The notes under the pieces are model-generated. The model saw only the letters and a program-made list of their open reading frames with translations. It was not told where the DNA came from and made no database searches. The position numbers were made by a program, and so were the translations under genes. A DNA stretch of 64,000 bases from Alphaproteobacteria bacterium (lineage in GTDB: Bacteria > Pseudomonadota > Alphaproteobacteria > Bin95): the NCBI GenBank assembly GCA_965200785.1, contig CBDAVA010000003.1:1978241-2042240 (forward strand), read 5' to 3'. Of the stretch, positions 11,301-20,177 are shown one piece after another (the first letter of the stretch is position 1; each line of letters starts with the position of its first letter).

Positions 11301-11754
11301 GTCGTCCTGGACCCCTCAGATCGGCCTCGGCGCTCCGGTGCTGATCCCGGAAGGCTATGTGCCGGAACTGAATCTCCGGCTGTCGCTCTACCGGCGGATC
11401 GCCGCGCTGGAGGACAGGCGGCAGACGGATGCGTTCGCCGCGGAGCTCATAGACCGGTTCGGGCCGGTGCCGGATGCGCTCGAGAACCTGTTGCGCATCG
11501 TCGCCATCAAGCGCCTGTGCAGGGAGGCGGGCGTGGAGAAGGTCGATGCCGGGCCGAAGGGCGCCGTCGTCGCCTTCCGGGGCGGTTTCGCGAATCCGGT
11601 CGGCCTGGTCGCCTATATCGGCAAGCAGGCCGGTACCGCCCGGCTCAGGCCGGACCACAAGCTCGTCATCGCCCGAAGCTGGGAAAAGGAGCCGGCCCGC
11701 ATCGCCGGCGCGGAACGCCTGCTGCGAGACCTGGCGGCGATCGCCGCCGGGTAG
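8326..11754 (+). CDS. mfd: transcription-repair coupling factor Mfd
   Basis: It is 1142 aa with a UvrB-homology N-terminus, a CarD/RNAP-interaction domain (HVEHGIGRY) and an SF2 translocase core (GDVGFGKTEVA, DEEQHFGV, QLRGRIGR). Confidence 0.9.
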   Translation: MIPPLRHAGQFLVGGAPPGHDASVLASLAEGGGPIVHISRDDAHMARMTDCLAFFAPHLTLMRFPSWDCLPYDRSSPRGDLVSERLATLAALADGARPDILLTTANAFLQRVPPRAGLAGGRFSGEEGGALDVEALLAFLERHGYVRADTVMEPGEYAVRGGLIDLFPAGDNVPLRIDLFGDEIDAIRRFDPLDQRSTERLERFDLVPASEIVLTQESIARFRAGYRAAFGAVTTDDPLYEAVSAGRRAAGIEHWLPLFYTRLETLGDYLPEAAIVEDEQARTARDVRLEAVSDHYAARLEPPPGELPYRPLQPDSLYLDAAEWEACIQDRPAAILLPGAAPNGPDAGARPAIDFSEARARPDIDLYGAVADRLAAHAASGRRVLLAAYSEGSRNRLAGLLGEQGVAAQPVETVRALEGLPPDRLATAVLPLDSGFESAGLAVVTEQDILGERLSNRARGKRRARDFLQELSEIAEGDIVVHVEHGIGRYEGLETVTAAGAPHDCLRIAYAGDGRLFVPVENIETLSRFGASDSPVALDRLGGVQWQARKARMKQRIRELAHELIRIAAERTVRPGETLEAPAGLYDEFAARFPFPETNDQLRAIEDVLQDLSEGRPMDRLICGDVGFGKTEVALRAAFVTAMSGLQVAVIAPTTLLVRQHFKTFAERFRGLPVEIGQLSRLVAGKAARDVKTRLADGRLDIVIGTHALLAKSIRMKRLGLLIVDEEQHFGVAHKERLKQYRSNVHVLTLTATPIPRTLQLALAGVREMSLIATPPVDRLAVRTFVGPFDALTVREAVRRELLRGGRCFYVCPRVRHLPEVAERLRAMVPDARIGMAHGGMAAAELEEAVGAFYDGRIDVLVSTNIVESGLDIPEANTLIVHRADLFGLAQLYQLRGRIGRAKQRAYAYLTLPERRKLTKAAEKRLSVMQTLDTLGAGFQLASYDLDIRGAGNLLGDEQSGHIREVGIELYQTMLEEAVAAARSGVEEAEDESSWTPQIGLGAPVLIPEGYVPELNLRLSLYRRIAALEDRRQTDAFAAELIDRFGPVPDALENLLRIVAIKRLCREAGVEKVDAGPKGAVVAFRGGFANPVGLVAYIGKQAGTARLRPDHKLVIARSWEKEPARIAGAERLLRDLAAIAAG

Positions 11755-12378
11755 GCGCATTGCGAGGCTTTGAGGGGGAAAGGCCGCGCCCCGGCTCAAG
11801 CGCCGCGCCGGGTCTCCGGCTTCGCCGGAGGGGCGCGGGGAGGCCGGCGGGCGGCGGCGCCGGGCCCGGCAGCCGGGGCGGGCCGGCCTTGCGGGCGCGC
11901 GAAGCCCGGGGCGCGGGCCTCGCAGGACAGACTCATCCCCCCGGTTCCGAGGGGTCGAAAAAACGGACGGTGCGCGCGCAGACCGTTCGCTTCTTCTTCC
12001 TGGTGCCCATGCCCCAGCCCGCCCGGAATGGTCCGGAGCCGGAGGCAGGGAGGCCCATGAGGTTACGTGTCGCCCTCCAGACTGGGTGGACCGAGCCGTC
12101 AGGTACCGACAGCCCTGCCCATGGACCTGAAACAGCGGAGGGCCTGTCTGCCCCCGCCGTGATAGTGGTGACCATGTGGGTCTGAAGAGAACATAACACG
12201 AAAACCCTGTTTTGCAACCCTCCGGCGGAAATTTTTCTTCCGCCGGCTCTCAAGGAGTGCAATCCGATCGTCTGTCACGCGGCCGCTTAGGCGCACCCGC
12301 GCGCGGGATGCGTCCGGCTCATAAGGACATGGAAAAGCCTGTTTATGCCGATGCCGCCGCCGGTTTCCTCAACGCGAA

Positions 12379-12404
12379 ATGCCCCCGTCCAAAGACGGGG
12401 GCAT
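12379..12404. terminator. perfect 11-bp stem / 4-nt loop hairpin (ATGCCCCCGTC caaa GACGGGGGCAT) followed by ATATTTG
   Basis: This is read directly from the sequence. It could be a factor-independent terminator for a + strand transcript in the mfd-cas9 spacer, or, on the - strand, the 3' end of an RNA starting near 12500. Confidence 0.5.
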
Positions 12405-12470
12405 ATTTGCCGGCGGATGACCTTGGGATGCCGAGCCCGCACGAAGGGTCGATTTGCTGAGAAAAGGAAA

Positions 12471-12496
12471 CCGGCCGCTTCTCGATTTGCTATGCT
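12471..12496 (+). ncRNA. tracrRNA: tracrRNA anti-repeat (core of the type II-C tracrRNA gene)
   Basis: CCGGCCGCTTCTCGATTTGCTATGCT is the near-perfect reverse complement of CRISPR repeat positions 1-25 (AGTGTAGCAAATCGAGAAGCGGCCG). Antiparallel pairing gives 25 contiguous base pairs with 2 G:U wobbles. The block ends only 45 bp before the cas9 ATG. Confidence 0.65.
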
Positions 12497-12540
12497 TCCA
12501 TATCTAGCACCATAGTCATTCCTGCACAAGGAACTTCTGA

Positions 12541-13072
12541 ATGCCGCTCATCTTCGGCCTCGATATCGGAACGACATCTATTGGCTTCGCGGTCATCGAC
12601 CACGATAGCGTTTCGAGGACCGGTGCAATTCGGCGCATGGGCGTGCGTATCTTCCCCGAAGCGCGCAACTCGAAGGGCGTGCCTCTGAACCAGGAGCGGC
12701 GGGCGGCACGCATGAGACGCAGACAACTGCGCCGGCGCCGGCAACGCCGCCGCCGCCTTGGGGACATTCTCTTTGAAGCCGGCCTGCTCCCGGCGCGCGA
12801 CTCCAGCGCCTGGCAGCGGCTGATGAAGGAAACCGACCCCTACGATCTACGCCGGCGCGCGGCCGAAGGCGAGGCGCTGCCGCCGCATGATCTGGGCCGG
12901 GCGCTCTACCATCTGGCGCAGCGTCGGCATTTCAAAGGGCGGGATATCGATGAGGTTTCCGACGACACTGTGCAGGACCGGGAAGACGCTGATGAGAAGA
13001 AAGCGCAGACTGCCCGGGACCGAACAAGGGAGAGACTGAAGGAAGACGGGGGAACGCTTGGTTCCTGGCTAG
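12541..13072 (+). pseudogene. cas9: cas9 (type II-C), N-terminal fragment up to the IS insertion point
   Basis: The N-terminus MPLIFGLDIGTTSIGFAVID is the RuvC-I motif. It is followed by the arginine-rich bridge helix RRAARMRRRQLRRRRQRRRRL. The ORF then runs into the IS inverted repeat at 13073 and terminates within IS sequence. Confidence 0.85.
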
Positions 13073-14712
13073 CCCGGATTTCTCACAATGTTGAGTGCAT
13101 CGGGGTTCTGCATATGAGAAAGTTCTTTTGCGACAAAGGCTTGATCATATGCAGAGGGGTTCCCCGATGCCGGCAGAGTGTAGTCTGGGAGCGATGCGTT
13201 TTGCACGCCTTAAAGGGCGCGAGGTTGTAGCTGATTTTGGCGGTGGTGTGCTGACGTCGAACACCGGCGCGTTGCTGCTGGGGGCGACGGACCGGGCGAT
13301 CGGTCTGGTGGACCGGTTTGCGGCGTGCTTTTCGGATGGCCGCACTGCGGATCGTGTTGTGCACGATGTTGCGACCCTGGTGGGCCAGCGCGTGTTTGCC
13401 ATTGCGCTGGGCTACGAGGACCTGCTGGATCACGACGAGTTGCGCCACGATCCGGCGCTGGGTGTGGCGCTTGGCCGGCTTGAGGGGCGTCGTCGGGACT
13501 GTGCGCCGCTGGCCGGCAAATCGACGCTGAACCGTCTGGAGCACGCGCCCGAGGGCGCGCATCGCTATCGCCGCATCGGCCACGACGCCGGCGCGATTGA
13601 GGCGTTGTTCGTCGATCAGTTTCTCGACGCCCATGAGCAGGCGCCGGCGCGTCTGGTGCTTGATCTGGACGCCACTGACGACCCGCTGCACGGGCGTCAG
13701 GAGGGGCGGTTCTTCCACGGTTACTACGATTGCTACTGCTATCTGCCGCTCTACATTTTCTGCGGCGACCATCTCCTGGCGGCAAAGCTGCGGCGGGCGA
13801 ATAGTGACGCCAGCGCCGGCGCGCTGGAGGAGGTGGCGCGTATTGTCGGGCAGATCCGCGCCCGCTGGCCGGCAGTGGAGATCGTGCTGCGCGCAGATTC
13901 GGGCTTCGCCCGCGAGGCCCTGATGGCGTGGTGCGAGGACAATGGCGTCGATTATGTCTTCGGTCTGGCGCGCAATGCGCGCCTGACGGCCCGCCTGCAC
14001 CCGGCCCTGGAGCGGGCCGGGGCGCGCTGGCGCAAGAGCGGCCAGCCGGCCCGCCTGTTCACCGAGTTCCGCTATCGCACCCTGAACAGTTGGTCGCGCC
14101 AGCGCCGTGTCGTCGGCAAAGCCGAGTGGCTCCCGGGTGGTGCCAACCCGCGCTTCCTCGTCACCTCGCTGAACCCGACCACCATCGACCGGCGGACCCT
14201 CTACGAAAAACTCTACTGCGCCAGAGGCGACATGGAGAACCGCATCAAGGAATGCCAGCTCGACCTCTTCGCCGACCGCAGCTCGGCCCACACCATGCGC
14301 GCCAACCAACTCCGCCTCTGGTTCGCCTCCATGGCCTATGTGCTGCTCTCGGCACTCAGACGCATCGCCCTCGCCGGAACCCGCCTCGCCAAAGCCACAT
14401 GCCGATCCATACGCCTCAAGCTCCTCAAGATCGGCGCACAGATGCGCCTCAGTACACGCCGCATCCGCTTCGCCATGGCCGCCGCCTGCCCCCACGCCGA
14501 CGTCTTCACCCTCGCACACCAGCGATTATCCACCTGACCCCAGAGCAAGGGGACCAACCGAACCCGCCCGACAACAACACAGACACAAGACCCCAAATCA
14601 CACCGCGCCAACAGCGCAAGCACCCCCCCTGCGCGCCCCAACACGGACAACACCGCTATGCCAGACAAAACCCCCAACTCACTACACAAATGCAGCCCGT
14701 GAGAAATCCGGG
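13073..14712 (+). mobile_element. IS1380-family insertion sequence, copy 1, inserted in cas9
   Basis: The element is 1640 bp with 14-bp terminal inverted repeats (CCCGGATTTCTCAC / GTGAGAAATCCGGG). It is flanked by a 4-bp direct duplication CTAG (13069-13072 and 14713-14716). It carries a single 480-aa DDE transposase ORF. A second near-identical copy starts at 62826. Confidence 0.8.
13095..14537 (+). CDS. IS1380-family (IS4-like DDE) transposase
   Basis: GTG start. Motifs: LDLDATDDPLHGRQEGRFFHGYYDCYCYLPLY (DDE region with YGxQEG...YxPL typical of IS1380/IS4-like enzymes) and C-terminal RGDMENRIKECQL. The 480-aa length fits IS1380. Confidence 0.75.
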   Translation: MHRGSAYEKVLLRQRLDHMQRGSPMPAECSLGAMRFARLKGREVVADFGGGVLTSNTGALLLGATDRAIGLVDRFAACFSDGRTADRVVHDVATLVGQRVFAIALGYEDLLDHDELRHDPALGVALGRLEGRRRDCAPLAGKSTLNRLEHAPEGAHRYRRIGHDAGAIEALFVDQFLDAHEQAPARLVLDLDATDDPLHGRQEGRFFHGYYDCYCYLPLYIFCGDHLLAAKLRRANSDASAGALEEVARIVGQIRARWPAVEIVLRADSGFAREALMAWCEDNGVDYVFGLARNARLTARLHPALERAGARWRKSGQPARLFTEFRYRTLNSWSRQRRVVGKAEWLPGGANPRFLVTSLNPTTIDRRTLYEKLYCARGDMENRIKECQLDLFADRSSAHTMRANQLRLWFASMAYVLLSALRRIALAGTRLAKATCRSIRLKLLKIGAQMRLSTRRIRFAMAAACPHADVFTLAHQRLST

Positions 14713-14716
14713 CTAG

Positions 14717-17301
14717 CGAAACGCAGCCCGCATGAGCGCAAACGCGGCGAACATGCGACCCGCAAGATTGTTGAGGACGAATTCGACCATATCTGGCAGA
14801 TGCAGCAAGAGCATCTGCCCATTCTGAACAATACGGGTTTGAGGGGCGCCGTCCATGAAGCTGTTTTCGCTCAACGGCCTATATTCTGGCGCAAGAAGAC
14901 GCTTGGCACATGTCGCTTCGTTCCTGGCGCGGAGCTATGCCCCCGAGGCTCCTGGCTTTCTCAGCAGAAGCGAATGCTGGAGAAGGTCAACAATCTGGAG
15001 ATCGCAGGCGGAAACGCTCGCCCCCTAGACAGTGAGGAGCGCAAGGCAATCCTCGAGCGGTTGCAAGCGCAGTCGTCGATGACTTGGGCCGGTGTGCGCC
15101 GGGCACTCGCGCCGCTTTTCAAGGCGCGCAGCGAACCGGGGGCAGAAAGGCGTCTCAAGTTCAACCTCGAAATGGGCGGTGACAAGAGTCTGCCTGGCAA
15201 TTCCATCGAGAAGAAATTGAAGGACATTTTCGCCAAGGCGTGGGACAACCATCCGCACAAACAGGCAATCCGCGACACCGTTCCTGGCCGGTTATGGCAG
15301 GCCGACTACCGAGAAATTGGCGACCGGGTTATCATTCGGCCTGCCGCGGACCGCACAAGACAGCGTGATGCAGCCGCCCGGGATTTCATGCACGACTTTG
15401 GCGCAACGCAGGAGCAGGCCCACCAACTGGCAAAGCTCAAGGTGCCGACGGGCTGGGAGCCGTTCTCGATAGACGCCTTGCGGGCTTTCCTGCCCCGGTT
15501 GGAGGAAAGCGTGCGTTTCGGCGCACTCCTGAACGGCTCCGAATGGGAAGGCTGGCGCAACGAGACATTCCCCAACCGGGAGCGCCCAACCGGTGAGGTT
15601 CGGGACCGGCTGCCCAGCCCGGCTGACATTGAGGAACAGAAACGTATTGCAGCCCTGCGCAACCCGACCGTGGCGCGTGCCCGCAACGAACTGCGAAAGG
15701 TCGTCAACAACCTGATCGACATGTTCGGGAAGCCGGATCTGATCCGGGTAGAACTGGCACGAGAAGTCGGGCGGTCGAAACGCGACAGGGAAGAATATCA
15801 TGCCGCGATTCGTCGACAGGAAAGGCGGCGCAAAAAAGCAACGCAACACCTTATGGACAACGGCATTGCTGACCCATCCCGCACCGACATCGAGAAATGG
15901 CTGCTCTGGCAGGAGTGCGGGATGCAGTGCCCATACACAGGCGACCACATTTGTTTCGATGCCTTGTTCGGTGTCAATCCGGCCTTCGAGATAGAGCATA
16001 TCTGGCCGCGGCACCGCTCTCTGGACAACAGTTTCCGTAACAAGACGCTCTGCCGGCGGGATGAGAACCGGAAGAAGGCGGACAGGACGCCATATGAATA
16101 TCTGGGCTGGAAAGCAGACCGCTGGTCGGCTGTTCTGGATCGGCTCGAACGAATGATGAAGGCCGGCATGTCGCCAGGAAAGGTCAAGCGATTCAAGGCG
16201 AACAGCATTCCCGATGACTTCGCGGCGCGCCAGCTTAACGATACCGGGTACGCAGCACGGGAAGTCGTTTCATTCCTGAAGCGGCTGTGGCCGGATATAG
16301 GCCCCCAGGCACCGGTTACCGTGCAAGCGGTTTCCGGGCGCGTAACAGGGCATCTCCGCCGCCTCTGGGGCCTCAACCGGATTTTGGACGGTGACGGCAG
16401 GAAGTCCCGCGACGACCACCGCCACCATGCTGTTGATGCGCTTGTTGTGGCATGCACTCACCCCGGCATGACAAACCAGCTCTCGCGATATTGGCAGTCT
16501 ATGGAAACAGGCGCGGAACGACCAGAGCTGCCACGGCCATGGGCGTTGATCCGGGCTGACGCCGAAAGGGAGGTTTCGAGTATCGTGGTATCCCACCGCG
16601 TTCGCAGAAAACTCTCCGGGCCGCTTCACAAGGACACAATTTACGGCGATACTGGCGAGGAAGAGATCGGCAGGAGAGGATCAACATACAGGTTCTTCGT
16701 CACCCGTGAGAAAGTCGAGGAATTGAGTAAAACGAAACTGGAAGAGGAGATCCGGGACGACGCCGTTCGAGATATTGTCAAGGCTTGGGTCAGCAAGCAT
16801 GGCGGGGAGCCCAAGAAGGCGTTTCCGCCATATCCATTGCGAGGACCCAAAGGCCCGGAAATCCGCAGGGTTCGCCTGCGAAAGAAGCAGCAGATCGGTT
16901 TGATGGCTAAGGCTTCGACCGGATATGCCGATCTGGGTAACAACCACCACATCGCTGTCTATCAGCTACCGAACGGTGCAGTCGAGTATGAAGTCGTCAG
17001 TCTGCTAGAAGCATCACAACGCCTGGCGCGGAGAGAACCAGTGGTGCGACGCGAACGCGGGGACGGTGTGCGATTCATAATGTCGTTGTCTCCGGGCGAC
17101 ACCATTGAATTCAGCCATAACGGCGAGACGAAGGCGCGGGTGGTCGAGAGTGTGTGGTCAAGTGGACCAATCGTGATTGTCGATCACGAGGATGCAACCG
17201 GCAAATCTCGCTTCCGCCCCGGCGCGAAAGCGATAGTATCGAGCGGCGGGAGGAAGGTTTCCGTCGATCCCGTCGGCCGCATCCGGCCTGCAAACGACTG
17301 A
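14717..17301 (+). pseudogene. cas9: cas9 (type II-C), C-terminal fragment after the IS insertion
   Basis: The frame continues KRSPHERKRGEHATRKIVEDEFDHIWQ..., which aligns with the Nme-type REC lobe. An HNH domain (CPYTGDHICF...EIEHIWPRHRSLDNSFRNKTLC) and RuvC-III (RDDHRHHAVDALVV) follow. The two fragments together total about 1039 aa, and removing the IS plus one TSD rejoins them in frame. Confidence 0.85.
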
Positions 17302-17313
17302 CCTGCGCCGGCA

Positions 17314-18249
17314 ATGCTCCGCAAGACCGTCGAGTTTTCCACGCCCGGCACCCGGCTTTCCGTTTCGCTTCGCCAGCTTGTCGTGGAACGGCCTAACCTG
17401 CCGAAGGCAACACTGCCGATTGAAGACCTCGGTGTGCTTATTGTGGACGACACGCGCGCCACCTATACGCAATCGGTGTTCCTGGAGCTATTGCAGGCGG
17501 GCGCCACGGTGCTGGTCACCGGGCGCGATCACCTGCCTGCCGGAATGATGCTGCCGCTCGATGCCCATCATGTGCAAACAGAGCGGCACCGCGCCCAGGT
17601 CGCCGCCAGCGAGCCGGTCCGCAAGCAGGCGTGGCAAGCCATTGTGCGCGCCAAAATCGACCAGCAGGCCGCAGTTCTGTCTCATTTTACGGGCAGTCAT
17701 GGCGGGCTGGCGCCAATGGCACGCCGTGTGCGCTCGGGTGATCCCGACAATCTCGAAGCCCAGGCAGCGCAGCGTTACTGGCCCCGCCTATTTTGGAAGG
17801 ACTTTCGCCGCGACCGGAGCGCCGAGGGTGTGAACGCCCTGCTGAACTACGGCTACGCCGTAGTGCGGGCGGCGGTGGCGCGTGCTATTGTCGCCGCCGG
17901 CCTGATCCCGTCGCTGGGCGTTCACCACAGGCATCGAAACAATCCGTTTTGCCTCGCCGATGATCTACTGGAGCCGTACCGGCCTTATGTCGATTGGCGG
18001 GTCCGCCATCTCGCCGGCAACAGCGGGGATACGGTTCCGGGGCTTTCGTTGCGGGAAACCCGCGCGGCACTCCTCTCCTTGCTCAACGAGACAGTGTGCG
18101 TCGGCAGGCGCAGGGAGCCGCTGCTTCTCGCGCTGCACACCAGCGCAGCATCGCTTTGCCGGGCGTTGACCGGTGGCGAGCGGACCTTGTCTCTGCCCGC
18201 TGGTCTTCCGGTCGAGCCGGACTTGGTTGATGCCGCAGAAGTCGGTTAG
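17314..18249 (+). CDS. cas1: CRISPR integrase Cas1 (type II)
   Basis: It is 311 aa and lies 13 bp after the cas9 stop. The metal-binding residues of the Cas1 fold are present (ALLNYGYAV..., HHRHRNNPFCLADDLLEPYRP). Confidence 0.85.
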   Translation: MLRKTVEFSTPGTRLSVSLRQLVVERPNLPKATLPIEDLGVLIVDDTRATYTQSVFLELLQAGATVLVTGRDHLPAGMMLPLDAHHVQTERHRAQVAASEPVRKQAWQAIVRAKIDQQAAVLSHFTGSHGGLAPMARRVRSGDPDNLEAQAAQRYWPRLFWKDFRRDRSAEGVNALLNYGYAVVRAAVARAIVAAGLIPSLGVHHRHRNNPFCLADDLLEPYRPYVDWRVRHLAGNSGDTVPGLSLRETRAALLSLLNETVCVGRRREPLLLALHTSAASLCRALTGGERTLSLPAGLPVEPDLVDAAEVG

Positions 18250-18310
18250 CGCCTCGGCAGTGGTCCCTGGAGGGGGAGGCGCAAAGACATTTCCTTGGGG
18301 ATGGCGTTCC

Positions 18311-18616
18311 ATGTGGGTTATCGCCATGTTCGACCTTCCGACGGACACGCCGAAGGCGCGCAAGGCCTATGCCCGGTTCCGCAAGGACCTGCTGACAGAC
18401 GGTTTCTCGATGATGCAGTATTCCGTCTATATTCGACACTGCGCCTCTGTCGAAAATGCCAAGGTGCATGTCAACCGCATGGGACACTGTGTCCCGCCCG
18501 CAGGGGAGGTGCGCTTCCTGACGATCACCGACAGGCAGTTCGGCCGCATAGAGGTTCATGCCGGGAAAACCCGCAAAACGCCGCCGGATCCGCCCGCCCA
18601 GCTTGAGTTTTTCTGA
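18311..18616 (+). CDS. cas2: CRISPR adaptation protein Cas2 (type II)
   Basis: MFDLPTDTPKARKAYARFRKDLLTDGFSMMQYSVY...PPAGEVRFLTITDRQF closely resembles the S. pyogenes-type Cas2. The ATG at 18311 gives a 102-aa protein; the upstream part of track ORF 18173 is out-of-context extension. Confidence 0.8.
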   Translation: MWVIAMFDLPTDTPKARKAYARFRKDLLTDGFSMMQYSVYIRHCASVENAKVHVNRMGHCVPPAGEVRFLTITDRQFGRIEVHAGKTRKTPPDPPAQLEFF

Positions 18617-18666
18617 TAGCCGGGCGGGCTAAAACGGCCTGTTTTCAATGCCCTATGGTGAGGGCA
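18617..18666 (+). promoter_or_regulatory. putative CRISPR leader (50 bp between cas2 stop and first repeat)
   Basis: The location fits a leader. The repeats lack an obvious embedded -10 box, unlike Neisseria-type II-C repeats, so a leader promoter is expected. Which end of the array carries the leader was not established from sequence alone. Confidence 0.3.
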
Positions 18667-20022
18667 AGTGTAGCAAATCGAGAAGCGGCCGCAATCCGCA
18701 GCCGGAACACTCGCTCGACCTTCGTGCCGGCGAGTGTAGCAAATCGAGAAGCGGCCGCAATCCGCAGCCTTCTTAGGCGCGAGCAGATGCGAGATAACAG
18801 TGTAGCAAATCGAGAAGCGGCCGCAATCCGCAGCCGCGCTCTATACGCCTTCGCCTCGGAATACAGTGTAGCAAATCGAGAAGCGGCCGCAATCCGCAGC
18901 TACGCCGTGGCGCTGCTGATGGTCGCCGGCAGTGTAGCAAATCGAGAAGCGGCCGCAATCCGCAGCTATGTGACCTCCTACACATGCAGCTACACGAGTG
19001 TAGCAAATCGAGAAGCGGCCGCAATCCGCAGCCATGAAACCCAATCATCTGTATCACTATTCAGTGTAGCAAATCGAGAAGCGGCCGCAATCCGCAGCGG
19101 CGGCGCGTAAGGGACGAGGAGGCAGCCGAGTGTAGCAAATCGAGAAGCGGCCGCAATCCGCAGCGCTCGATGGTTGGTCTGGTCGAAGCCGACGAAGTGT
19201 AGCAAATCGAGAAGCGGCCGCAATCCGCAGCCAGCAGCGATATGAACAACTCGAAGGCTAAGTGTAGCAAATCGAGAAGCGGCCGCAATCCGCAGCCGGC
19301 TTCGGGATGCAGGCGTGGATACCGCGAGTGTAGCAAATCGAGAAGCGGCCGCAATCCGCAGCGCGCTTCAGGCGTGGCACACGTTCTGCGCTAGTGTAGC
19401 AAATCGAGAAGCGGCCGCAATCCGCAGCATGCTGCCCGCCAGCCGTCGGATGAATGCCAGTGTAGCAAATCGAGAAGCGGCCGCAATCCGCAGCGCGTCC
19501 GGCCCGTTGTGTTCCGTCCATCCGAGTGTAGCAAATCGAGAAGCGGCCGCAATCCGCAGCAAGCAGGGTGTGACTTACGGTGTGAAGGTTAGTGTAGCAA
19601 ATCGAGAAGCGGCCGCAATCCGCAGCTATCAGCCCATCGCCTACCGCATCGCTGAGAGTGTAGCAAATCGAGAAGCGGCCGCAATCCGCAGCCTGAGCAC
19701 AGTCATAACAGTTGTTATGTTAAGTGTAGCAAATCGAGAAGCGGCCGCAATCCGCAGCAAGCAGGGTGTGACTTACGGTGTGAAGGTTAGTGTAGCAAAT
19801 CGAGAAGCGGCCGCAATCCGCAGCTATCAGCCCATCGCCTACCGCATCGCTGAGAGTGTAGCAAATCGAGAAGCGGCCGCAATCCGCAGCGATATCGTCC
19901 ATGTAGTTGATAAGCGGGTTAGTATAGCCGCTTGGAGACCGGGGGCCAGCCGCAACCCGGGCTTCTGCGCGGGGAGGTCGCGGCATAGTATAGCCGCTTG
20001 GAGACCGAGGCTAGCCGCAACT
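18667..20022 (+). CRISPR. type II-C CRISPR array: 19 canonical 36-bp repeats plus 2 degenerate terminal repeats, 30-bp spacers, period 66 bp
   Basis: The repeat AGTGTAGCAAATCGAGAAGCGGCCGCAATCCGCAGC begins at 18667 and recurs every 66 bp through 19855. Units at 19921 and 19987 (AGTATAGCCGCTTGGAGACCG...GCCGCAAC) keep the 66-bp register but match the consensus at only 22 of 36 positions. There are 20 spacers in total. Spacers 14-15 (19561-19590, 19627-19656) are duplicated exactly as spacers 17-18 (19759-19788, 19825-19854). Confidence 0.95.
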
Positions 20023-20177
20023 CCTGTTTTCCTACCCCCCTCTGATCCACCACCTGCGCAGGATGCGGTCGAGCAGCAGTTGGCGGATGCTGGGCGCATG
20101 ACGCCTGTGCCGGCAGTGGAACGCCGGCGCGCCGTTTCGACTCGCCCGGCCCGGTCAATCCAGGCGGCGGCGGCTGG

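Noticed and set aside
8038-11799. 1253-aa ORF on the minus strand
   Set aside because: It is entirely antisense to mfd. It is Arg/Ala/Gly/Pro-rich with no recognisable domains, which is the typical shadow ORF produced by third-position GC bias.
11755-12380. Possible SRP RNA, RNase P RNA or tmRNA in the mfd-cas9 spacer
   Set aside because: I looked for the SRP domain-IV GGAA/GNRA motif, RNase P P4 (AGGAAAGUCCGG...ACAGAAA) and tmRNA tag or resume codons. None are present, and only superficial GUCAGGU similarity was found.
12379-12500. Minus-strand tracrRNA ending at the 12379-12404 hairpin
   Set aside because: This orientation pairs the anti-repeat with the 3' two-thirds of a minus-strand repeat and leaves the spacer-proximal 10 nt unpaired, which is contrary to all known type II crRNA:tracrRNA duplexes. 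It is kept as a possibility in the findings but not called as the feature.
13083-14519. 478-aa minus-strand ORF inside the IS
   Set aside because: It is antisense to the transposase, low-complexity and Ala/Arg/Gly-rich. It is also duplicated at 62836-63753 for the same reason.
14338-14716. N-terminal 126 codons of the 14338-17301 ORF
   Set aside because: They derive from the 3' end of the IS (after the transposase stop) plus the CTAG duplication. Authentic Cas9 sequence resumes at 14717.
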